This document shows, piece by piece, positions 38,052 to 48,727 of a stretch of 64,000 bases of DNA. This DNA is from Epiperipatus broadwayi. Taxonomy: Eukaryota; Animalia; Onychophora. Each line of letters starts with the position of its first letter. Position 1 is the first letter of the stretch. The stretch spans positions 23,312,001 to 23,376,000 of the forward strand of contig JAQFVV010000005.1 of assembly GCA_028023455.1 (NCBI GenBank), read 5' to 3'. Both the position numbers and the translations under genes were made by a program. The notes below the pieces were generated by a model. That model made no database searches. It saw only the letters and a list, made by a program, of their open reading frames with translations, and had not been told where the DNA came from.

Positions 38052-40767
38052 TATTTTTATACATATTTTTTTTTATCCTTCTATTCTAAAAAAATCATTT
38101 TTGATATTTAAGTCGAGTGTTATACAAAATTAATAAAAAATCAAGTATTTACAAAAATTTTAATTCATAGTTTTCTAATATTCATATAAGTACAGCCACA
38201 AAACACTTTAAAAAAAGAAAAAAATTCAGTCACTTATTGAACTGATACAATAGGATTACTCATCAAAAATAAAAGCTTTCTAAATGTAAACTAACATAAT
38301 CTAACACTGGAATGTAACAATCTTTCCAAAAATAAGATGCCTAGTTAAATAATCATCACAAATCCAATACATGCAATCTCTTTTCACTTAAGGAACTGCT
38401 CTTCCAAAAAATATTATAGCCATTTCATCCATGCAATCAAATTTTAATTATGAAAACTTTTTTCCAGTAAAAGCAGTCAATCTAGCACTTTGATAATGAA
38501 TTAACGACAAACACTATTTTATGTTCTGCTCTTATGGCATCAATACCAATACCAAGTAAAAGTCTTAATTCCATGTAGCAATATTCAAGGAAAGTAGTGC
38601 AAGTTATTTCTATTACAATATCCATCTTGCTAGACTTTTTGAGACATTAATTTAAGACTCCTTTTTCTATATAGTTCCTCATTCATGAAGGCAACGAGTA
38701 TATAAATAGGGATCTCTATGCATATAATCATTTGCAGAATAAATCTTCTGCCCTATATGCAATTCCAAGCTAATTATATTTATTGTGTTAAATCCAGCTA
38801 AGGACTCTCAGCTAATTGCTATTTGATCTCCATCAATTCATTCCAAATGCAGAGCTTTATATACTTCAATTACATTTTTTTTTAAAAAGTACTGTTTATG
38901 TAATTAAGATGAAAAATGGTTACACAAATATAAATGTTCTCATCAACAATAAATGAAGAGCTAAATGATAACATTGGAAATCATAATGACTATTAAAAAA
39001 GGGGTAAAAGAGCATGAAATAGAGTGCAGAGATAAGTAAAGACTGCTTATATTGGAATTATCACCTAGCCTTTGAATAATCTTTAAAGCAGCATATACTT
39101 TTGCTGGAGGACTGCTTTTGTATTTAAGTAATCTTTACATCTGAAGTCATTCCATTATTTGCCAAATGTTGAAACTAATCAATAATCCAAGTTCAACACC
39201 CAATATCTGAACAATGATCTATATAAAATTGTTATATCTTTTTGTGCATCTGAACAAGAGCCCCCCCCCCCCCAATATATATTAATAAAACGTGGAGTAG
39301 TTTGCTTAAAGAATATAGCTTTTTTTAACCGTTCTAAAATATGTGTTTTTAAATAATAATTTTAACTATAAAATGTTTTTTTGTTTATTTTGGATTAATT
39401 TTATATTTAACAATCTTGCAAAAAAATAATAGCTGTTTATCCTGAAAAGTTTTATCATTTCTTTTTATAGTGTTTTTTTAAGCTTCTTGTATTACTATTT
39501 TATTAATACGTAAATTAGTTACTTGTTGTGATTGCTTCATTAATAAAATAACCACGACAAAAAACGATGGCTAACTTTAAATATTCTATAAACAATAGTT
39601 AGACAATGTTTTTCTTTTTATAATGAAGATGATTAAAAAAAAACTTAAATGTGTAAATTCTGCAGATATCTTTACTACAGGTCACGAGTATTTACTACAA
39701 GTGAATAATAATAATAAGATACACATGCAATCAAATGTCTGATTGTCTTCAAGTATATCAACATTTCATAATCATACATCTTTAATTAACATTCATAGAA
39801 TTAATGATAGCACCTTGAGGAGCAATAAAACAATAGAAAACGTCTTCCCTCAATTTGCATAAGCCTATTTTGAAACATAATCAAGAACAAAGACTCACTC
39901 ATTATCATCAGAAATCATATCCCTAGAACCAATAATTTTATTAATATTTAGATCTGCTTAAAGTTGAATTATAAACCTGAAAGTAACAAAAGAAAAACTG
40001 ATATCAAAAACTGAAAGAAGTGACTTCGAATTAATTAAAACTTTCTTTAATAAAATAAAAAATTGATAGCTTGACGTAAAAATATGCAGAATTTTAAATA
40101 AGATATAATACACTATTATCTTATTTTTAAAAGCAATTTTATTTCCTATTTCAACTAAACCCGCAACATTCATCAGAGATCTGTAAACATTTTACTATAC
40201 ATTTCATATGTAAATATCAACCAAAAATACAGTTCAACTTTTTTGATTTTAAATGATTATTACTACAGAAAATAAAACATATTTTGTAAAAGCAAGCCTT
40301 AATCATGTATAAAAAAACAATTAACCATTATATGTTGTTTTATACAATTGTTTCTTAAATTATATTGAGAACCTCTATTTTATAAAATTATTGTAAAAGT
40401 GAACACAGTTATTACACTTTTTTTTTTTATATGCTTTTAATTTTTTTTATATGCTTTTTTTTGTCTGTCTGTTTGTGAAATCTTGTAATTCAATTTTCAT
40501 TCACTTTCCAATGTAGTGAAAATGTTACATACATATGTATTTCTTCCTCTTTTTTTAAGAATTTGCATACAATGTTAGCAAAAATTAAATTTTTTTCATT
40601 TTATATGGGATTTCTTTACAATACTGCCATTTAGTCATATTAAATTGTATCTAAACTTTCTTATTTCCTATATAAAATTAAAAAGTAAAAAAAAAAAAAA
40701 CTTTTTATATAAATGCACTAAAAAATAAAAATTCTTCAGCTTTCACAAATAAAAGCATGAGGGTAAT

Positions 40768-40869
40768 CATGTTTAGAAATTTATAAGTCAGATTCTTAAA
40801 AATTTGTTTAAATAAACTCATGTTTAGAAATTTATAAGTCAGATTCTTAAAAATTTGTTTAAATAAACT
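40768..40869. repeat. Perfect 51-bp tandem duplication
   Basis: catgtttagaaatttataagtcagattcttaaaaatttgtttaaataaact occurs twice in tandem. Confidence 0.95.
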
Positions 40870-41226
40870 CGCAACTAACATTGGCATTAAAGCAAAAAAG
40901 TGGGCATGATTTTTGGGAATCTGATTTGTGTGAATTTCTAAACTGAATCACCCCCATGTTTTTATTTTTAAAAGCTGAAGAAATTTATTTTTTTTACTTT
41001 ATAATGCACTTTTTACTTTTTGGTGCATTTATATTTATATATAAGGTTTAGTGTTTTGTTTTTAATTTGTTGCAAATTACATTTAATTTACAATTGTGGT
41101 CATTTTAAATTGAAAAAAATTGAAGTGTATTTGTAATTGATATTTAACATATTATAAAATGTAATATAATAGAATATAAAATGTTTAATCTCTGAAGAAA
41201 GCTGCAGATTCACTGAAAAAAGTTAG

Positions 41227-42022
41227 TAAAACAGGCAAAACTCTCCATACAGTAGCGCCACTCAGTGCAGGCCAGAGTTGCATTAGATCCTAAGATCTAG
41301 GTGCAGTGCAAGGCTCCTCACTGACAAAGGCCACAAGCCAGAAACTAGTCTGGGGATATTGGATGAATAGGCACTAGATAGGGATTTTATGCACAAGAAG
41401 TAAAATGTGCCAAATTAAAAATTTAACCCATTATTGATAGATACTTTGAGATATTATTATTGTAAATATATACACATATTCAAAGGAAATCGGAAAGTGC
41501 AAATAATTTTATTCCAAAATAAACTTATCTAATTATAAACCTTTTTTTTTTTTTTAGAAGTATCTTGCCTAAAGTTATATGAATTAATGTTTTCATCATC
41601 TTTTTATTGCTCAGTTTGTATAATTTTTTACCTGTTTTTTTTTTTTCTTTTTAAAACAATTTTATGCCCTAACTTTTTTCAAACATCACATGATCACTAT
41701 TTCTTATGCTTGCTCATAACTGTTATTAAAACAGGCAAAACTCTCCATACAGTAGTGCCACTCAGTGCAAGTCAGAGTTGCACTAGATTCTAAGATCTAG
41801 GTGCAGTGCTCTCAGATCCAAGGCTCATCACTGACAAAGGCCACAAGCCAGAAACTAGTCTGGGGATATTGGATGAGTAGGCACTAGATAGGAATTTTAT
41901 GCACAAGCCTTCTGGTATCCATTGATTACTCTGGCTTGCACTGAGTGGCATTACTGTATGGAGAGTTTTGCATGCTTTAATAAGTTATGAGCAAGCATAA
42001 GAAATGGTGATCATGTGATGTT
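41227..42022. mobile_element. Family A element, copy 4, with two ribozyme motifs and an internal inverted copy of the downstream flank
   Basis: TSD tgaaaaaagttag at 41214-41226 and 42023-42035. Hammerhead motifs at 41315-41356 and 41825-41866 both read CTGACAA. 41398-41777 is the reverse complement of about 41929-42314. Confidence 0.9.
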
Positions 42023-43133
42023 TGAAAAAAGTTAGGGCATAAAATTGTTTTAAAAAGAAAAAAAAAAAAAACAGGTAAAAAATTATACATTAAACTGAGC
42101 AATAAAAAGATGATGAAGACATTAATTCATATAATTTAGGCAAGATTCTTCTAAAAAAAAAAAAAAGATGTATAATTAGATAAGTTTATTTTGGAATAAA
42201 ATTATTTGCATTTTCCGATTTCCTTTAATTATATGTATATATTTACAATAATAATAATATCTCACAGTATCTATCAATAACGGGTTAAATTTTTAATTTG
42301 GTTCATTTTGCTTCTTTTTTTTTTTAATTTTTAGTTTTAATAATTATTTTCTTTTATTTAATTTGTATTCTTAGGAATTAAGGAATTGCTTAAGGGTTAT
42401 TACTCAAATATTTGTACAAATAAATTATACGATATTAACGAGTAATAAGATATAAAAAAAAAAAAAAAGTAAATGAAGGAAGAACAAATGAATACCTAAC
42501 AAATTCAGAAAACACGGATAAATAAATTGACAAAGCAAATAATTGTCACATCTAAGATATAATCTATACGTTCTATAACAAAACATAATTTTTGAAAATC
42601 TCATTAACAGCTCCATTAAAATACCTTTTAATAACGATAGCAGAGACATCTTAAAATGAAAATTCGTTTGTTATATTTATGCTGAATTTCTAAATATAAT
42701 ACTCAGTTCTGATAATTGTAGGCTTTTTGGTAAGAATATAGATTATAGTCAAACTCATATATTGTTAAAATATATTATTATGGATTCAAGACAAAATGGC
42801 AAAAGATGTAGGTAAGAGCCGCATCATTCGATAATAAAATTTCAGTTAAGAGTTAATCTATTGAGCCCTCAGTTACCTTTCAATTTAAATAAATTAAAAA
42901 TTATATTACCTGGCATTTTAAAAGAAACAAAAATTCTAATCATTTACTTATAAAATCAATGTATAATTAAAATTAATCCAATAATTTATTAATACTCTGG
43001 GAGGGAAAAGATGGGAAAAGGTGATAACGTAAATTATAATTTTCCAAACGTACATGCACTATCAAAAAAAAAAATTCTAACGATAAAACTATTTGCCACG
43101 CCGGCAATTTTTCCATATGCAAAGTTTACTTAC

Positions 43134-43248
43134 CATTCTCACTTTCAGCATAAAGGTTATGGCATTCCTTCAAAATACGTTCATTCACTGTTGTGGTAGC
43201 AGAATCTATAGCGTTGGCTGCATTACGGATTCGACATCTTGCTATCAT
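43134..43248 (-). CDS. Probable first coding exon of a minus-strand gene (MIARCRIRNAANAIDSATTTVNERILKECHNLYAESEN+G)
   Basis: The ATG at 43248 is preceded by in-frame stops. The 115-nt open exon ends in a canonical G|gtaagt donor and lies in CpG-retaining DNA. No downstream exon was identified. Confidence 0.55.
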
Positions 43249-43574
43249 TATTGCTCAGTAAATCCGTCTTCAGTTGTCCTTATAAAAATGGCTTCAAAGA
43301 ATTTAAGGATAATTGGGAAGAAAGATTATAACTCTCTACATTTTACAGATACTTTTAAAATATATACACAAAAGAAAAAAATAATAATTTTTGAAACTTA
43401 AGCCACTCATAAATATCATCTATCAGTTAGAATTAGTTCAAGAAGTAAAGGAAAAGTAAAAATAAAAATTATCTTCCATATCCAAAATCCCATTTAAGTC
43501 TCTTCGTTTTGCATGCCATCTAGTGACAATTGTAATCCAATAAAATTGTAAGAAAAGGTAGCAGACCGACCAAT
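43249..43574. promoter_or_regulatory. Putative bidirectional promoter / 5' UTR region
   Basis: 326 bp separate two divergent start codons, within locally CpG-retaining sequence. Confidence 0.4.
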
Positions 43575-44501
43575 ATGGCCGCCCTGGTTGCTGATTATCA
43601 TGGATCTACTTCGGAATCCGACAGCGACGATTCTACAGAAAATCATGATTTAAGGTAGAAATTAATTGATTGATAGAATTTTTAATTTATGAACTTTACT
43701 AATTTTAGATTTTCTTTTTTGAGTGTTAGTTTTTAAACTAATTCCATGAAGTGCAAGTGTTTTTATATTATTATTTCTTTTTTCTTCAATCTAAGTTGTA
43801 GTATCAACCACTAAATGTTTTGATTATATTATTTTGCTCTTGTAAAGGAAGCGAATGTTTTTGTGATTAAATGTTTTTTTGCACCATGACTAGAGTACTG
43901 TTTGTATTTTTAATCGTTTGTTTTGTTTATTTATTGGCATGCTTGTCTGACGTCATTTTTCCTTTAATATAGATCTGCTAATGTTACCATATCAAGCGCA
44001 GGTTTCAATAATTCATCTTCAAATATGACTGAAGGAAAACATGAGAAGTTACCCTCGCCTAATTTTAACAATCTGAATGGCAAAATAAATTCTGTGTTTG
44101 CTAATCCATTCCGAGATGCAGAAGACGCTGAAAATTCCATATTGGAAAAACATGTCAAAATGACACCTAATGAAATTTTGGACAGCCAGGGTGGCAATCA
44201 AGTTTGTTGGAAATTTCGAAAAGGTAAATGCCGCTTCGGTCATAACTGTAAATTTTTGCATGACAATGATATTAGACGATTACCTGAACACACAGATGCC
44301 ACTTCACAAAATAATTCGAATTTTTATCAGTTAAATAATAGATCAATATTTCCAACTTGTTGTGGTGAAGATGAAGAAAATGAATCAATAAAAAAACGAA
44401 AGAAGGTTGGATTAAGTAATACTATTATACCTCCCAAAAAAGCTTTAAAGGCTTACCAGAATCAACAGAAAATCGAAAGACCATGGACTGTTGCTAAGTA
44501 A
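43575..44501 (+). CDS. Two-exon gene, join(43575..43654,43973..44501), encoding a 202-aa protein with one CCCH zinc finger
   Basis: Exon 1 reads MAALVADYHGSTSESDSDD...L, followed by an AG|gt donor at 43655. A ctgac branch-like site and a ttttcctttaatatag acceptor end at 43972. Splicing stays in frame with ORF 44025-44501, which contains CWKFRKGKCRFGHNCKFLH (C-x7-C-x5-C-x3-H) and a basic KKRKK patch. Confidence 0.88.
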
Positions 44502-44598
44502 TTTAATAGTATTCTTTCTTTATATATATATATATCGATTTCATTTAAACAAAATGTACATTACTTTTATATATATATACAGTATTTTTTCATTATTA

Positions 44599-44783
44599 CA
44601 GGGTGGCCCAGAAGTTACGAAGGGATTTTGTAATTCATATATATTTTTTTCTGTTGCGTATCTTCCGAATTTATTTTATGCAAATTAATTAAGGAAAAAA
44701 TCTAATAACGAATGCTATAATTGAAATTGCTTTAAAAATCAGTTATTGACCCACAAATCTCTTCGTAATTTTAACACACCCTG
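44599..44783. mobile_element. Tc1/mariner-type MITE
   Basis: TA|CAGGGTG...CACCCTG termini, with subterminal inverted match ttacgaagggatttt versus aaatctcttcgtaa. The right flank is TG rather than TA. Confidence 0.75.
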
Positions 44784-47601
44784 TGTACATCTCTTTTCCT
44801 CACCGTATAAAGCAGGTTCTCTTTGAGGGGAGAGGGAGAAAGAGGCACGCACATTGTCTGTGATGTTAATATTCAAAATTTTAATGCTAATTTGTACCTC
44901 AATTTTAAATTTATTTCATGTGAATGTTTTTATCTGTTATATTCCTTTCATATTTTTTCTTTTTTTAATCTATAAAGTGTTGAAACTTTATTTCACATTT
45001 TCTACTTTTGTAAGGGGATGCAGATCTAATATATTTCGAATCTTTTCCCCCCACTACAATTTTTACGGGTCCATATTTTTAAATATACATATTATATTGA
45101 TTTGAGGTAAACCAAATATTATTAATTATTAAGATTAAAGTAAATACAAGAAAAAAAAAAAAAATTTAATTCGTTTTTGTAATGAAGAATTTCGATTTTA
45201 ACCATGAATTCATTTTTAATCACTTCTCAAAAGTTTTAAAGTAATTGTGGAAAACAAAATAAAAAATATAGACATAATTGTTATCCTGTATTATTCAAAC
45301 TTAAAAGTCCATTGCTGCTATTGTTGCTAATGCTAATTATCATGTTTCCAGATATGATTTGAAATATGTTTCTTTTTTACCTACTAGAATCTTTGTTTTA
45401 ATATATATATATATATAGTAGAACTTTATTCAGTTTCAATATCTTATATTTATTGCATTAGTTGAAAGGCAGTGCCAAAGCATTACAAATTAATGAAGCA
45501 ACTTAAAGTAATGACAGTTCAGTTCATGATGGGTCAAATGTTATTTATCAATCGTTGTTTTTTGATGGCTAGTTTCATCTGCCTCTTTTGTGTAGAAAAT
45601 TTAATATAAATTCGCTTATAAACATGTAAAATTATTTGAAAATTCAGCTTCTCTAACAAGTGAGATTTATGTTGATAATAGAGAGTCTTGAATCTAAACT
45701 TCTATTTTTTTTTCTGAAGATTATTTAGTCCATAAATACAAATACAAATCCAGTTTATAGCTATCAACTTTTTTTTTTTTTCATATTTACTGTATAATTA
45801 TGTATGTGCTTTCAAACTGGTTTATTGATTAGATATATATGTGGATAATAAAGTATAATCCAAAATTAAGTAGTTTCACATTGGTATTCATATATATATA
45901 TATTAGTGCCCATGCATTCTAATAGTATTTATTGAGATCTTATTATGTATATTAACAAATATACACACATTTTAAAATTCTTCATTTTTGTACTAGTACT
46001 CATATTTTTTTTGCTAACTTGATTTTTGAGATTCTAGACAGGATAAGGCTAGTATGTTTGTTAAAAAAACAAATATTCACTTAAAAATCACTTCTTCAAA
46101 GCTTAAAAGTATATATATGTGTGTGTAAATAATTATCTTTTAATGAATCAGAACTTCAAAAACTCCATTAAATTTAAGCACAAATTTTGTTTAAAGTTAG
46201 GTGGAAATATATTACAATGTAATGCTAATGCCAGTTGAGCTTTTTTATGTCATATGATAACTGTGGTCATGTGATAATTGTGGTCATTTTCAGATATACT
46301 GAGTCCAACAAACCTATTTTCAAAATTTGATTAATTTTTATTTATTTATTTATTTATTTATTGTATAAAACAATCTCTATAAAAATTAATTAACATATCA
46401 TTTCTTGTCTCTACTCCCAATATATGAGTATAAGCACTTAATCCTTATTTAAAAAGTTTGGGAAGTGCTGGGTCAGTTGTAATTATCAATTTCATTATTT
46501 ATATATTTTCTAATAAAAATTATAGATCCATCTGCCTTGAAAAGCTTAGGTGTTTTTATTATTATTATGTGAGTATCAACGCAGTAATACCAATTAGATC
46601 ATGCATAAGTCACCTAACTTATTTTATCTAATTAAAAAAAATTTATTGCATAAAATCATTGTTATTTTTTTTTACATTTCAGGACATTCTTATTATTATT
46701 TCTGATTTGTGTATTGTTTTTTACAATTATCTGTTAATCATTCCTGCAATTAGAAAATTTCTTTATTAATATTTTTTAATTAGTATTAACAGTTTTTTAT
46801 TGATAAATAGGCATTTATATTCCTATGTTTTAACTTGCTGTTTGTTATAATATAATTTTGTAGTATATTTTTAATGTTTTTTTTTTTTGTTTTTTTTTTG
46901 CATATTGGTAGAAATCAACTCATTATTAAAATTGTATTTTTTAATGCTAGATATGAAATAGGTTTTGCATTTTAGTATACTTGCAAATAATTAGGTCAGT
47001 ATTATTTCATCAATCTACTCGTTAAAAACATTCATAAAGTATTGCTTTCCACTGGGTAGTAGTGAACCTATTGTTTAGTTGTCTTGCAAAACGATATGTT
47101 CAATCATTACTGGTGAACGTTTGGGCAAAATAGTTTAGTTACCAAATTCAAAAAATGATTTAAATATATTATTTTACTAAAATTTATGTTTTGATTAAGT
47201 AAATCAAAACTTTTTTAAAGAATATTTTAAAATGGAAATATCTTTTACATTATTTATTTTGATTGTCCTCCCAACTATTGCAATCCAGATTTAATGATTA
47301 TTGATATACATGACTGTTTTTACTATTGAAATTATATTTAATTATAAATGAAACCCAGGAATGTTGTTTTCTTATAGTTGATTTGACAAGTTTGTTGACT
47401 GAGTGACATTTAGCTTTATTACTCAATAATTATACATTTTCTCAAATGGATTTACTGCAAATGTTATGCTGTCCATAAAATCATGAAAATTGCATTGAAG
47501 AAATGAAGAAAGACAGAATTCAGATTTTATAAATTTTTAATATAACTGTTTAGTATCTGATATTAATGTAATCCATTTGATTCCAAGGATATCAGAATGT
47601 T

Positions 47602-47918
47602 AAACCACTAAACATCACATGATCACTATCTCATACTAGCACATAATTGTTATTAAACAATTCAAAACAAAGCAAAACTCTCCATACAGTGCTTGTGCAT
47701 AAAATCCCTATCTAGTGCCTACTCATCCAATATCCCCAGACTAGTTTCTGGCTTGTGGCCTTCGTCAGTGAGGAGCCTTGGATCTGAGAGCACTGCACCT
47801 AGATCTTAGGCACTAGATCGGTATTTTATGCACAAGCCTTCTGGCATCCATTGATTGCTCTTGTTAGCACAAGATGGCATTACTGTAAGGAGAGTTTTGC
47901 TTTGTTTTGAATTGTTTA
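47602..47918. mobile_element. Family A element, copy 5
   Basis: TSD atatcagaatgtt at 47589-47601 and 47919-47931. The minus-strand body (with an internal deletion near 47690) runs to about 47810, followed by an inverted plus-strand tail. Confidence 0.92.
47733..47774 (-). ncRNA. Family A minimal hammerhead motif (intact), predicted cleavage between 47739 and 47738
   Basis: The minus strand reads TCCTCA-CTGACGA-a-GGC cacaa GCC-a-GAAA-CTAGTC-TGGGGA. Confidence 0.85.
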
Positions 47919-48647
47919 ATATCAGAATGTTCTTGATGACATTTTGTGAGTGGAAGACAATGGCATGTCTATTGAATAGAGAACCCATATAATCTATGTT
48001 TTTCATTTGCACTATCCAATGTTGTGATTCTGAGTATTAGGTTTGGTATCACTGAGATAAAAATGTTATAGTATACTATCTTTTAAAAAATGATGTCAAT
48101 TTTCTCATTTGTTTTGTGACATTAACACTTTGATTGGCATTTTCATGCCATATATCCATCAATAATTGATTCATTGAAGAGAATAAGTCCATAAATCATC
48201 TCACTTGACAGTGCTTTTAAATCGAGGATGGATTGGCAAAGAGAATCAGACCAATAAATAATTCTGAATATTATACACTTTCAGAATATGTATCTTGCAA
48301 AAATTATATTGAAACATTACAATTTAAAAATTGTAATATTATTTCATCACAGTTTCTATTTTATTTAGCTGGCTCGTCTCAGATGACATTAGTGTAAATT
48401 CCAAATATTGCTGGGTATGGTTTCTTGATCGATTTAATTTTGAAAATAAAAAAGAATGTTCACAGGAAACCTTTAAATAATATTGCAGGTTTAATTTTAA
48501 AAGACGAATAAATTATAATATGATTAATTAATTTTTTTATAGATCCAAAAATTTTAAATAATTTTAAAATTGTAATTAAAAAATGTATTGTTTTTTTAAA
48601 GAATTTGTTTCTCTATAAAAAAACATTTTTTCTCATGTGTCATAGAA

Positions 48648-48727
48648 TCAGCCGGGAAGCGAACCCGCTAACCCAGGACACCTGCTTGTAAAGCAGCGGT
48701 CGCTGACCTCTCGACCGCCAATGCAGT
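48648..48727 (-). ncRNA. tRNA-derived sequence (Val-TAC-like); SINE head or pseudo-tRNA
   Basis: A-box-like TGGCGGTCGAGAGG, anticodon arm CTGC-TTTACAA-GCAG, T arm CGGG-TTCGCTT-CCCG. There is no acceptor-stem pairing and the variable region is elongated. Confidence 0.65.

Larger units (their letters stand above)
47330..48250 (-). pseudogene. Decayed LINE RT C-terminal relic, interrupted by family A copy 5
   Basis: The minus strand has MKNIDYMGSL (resembling the F.YLGS motif) and a G.ILS..LFN...D-like stretch near 48150-48200. Heavily broken. Confidence 0.35.

Noticed and set aside
39880-40183. Candidate exon 2 of the minus-strand gene (GLVEIGNKI; acceptors near 40183 and 39977)
   Set aside because: The GLVEI stretch is not preceded by AG, and both real-looking acceptors hit stops in the required phase.
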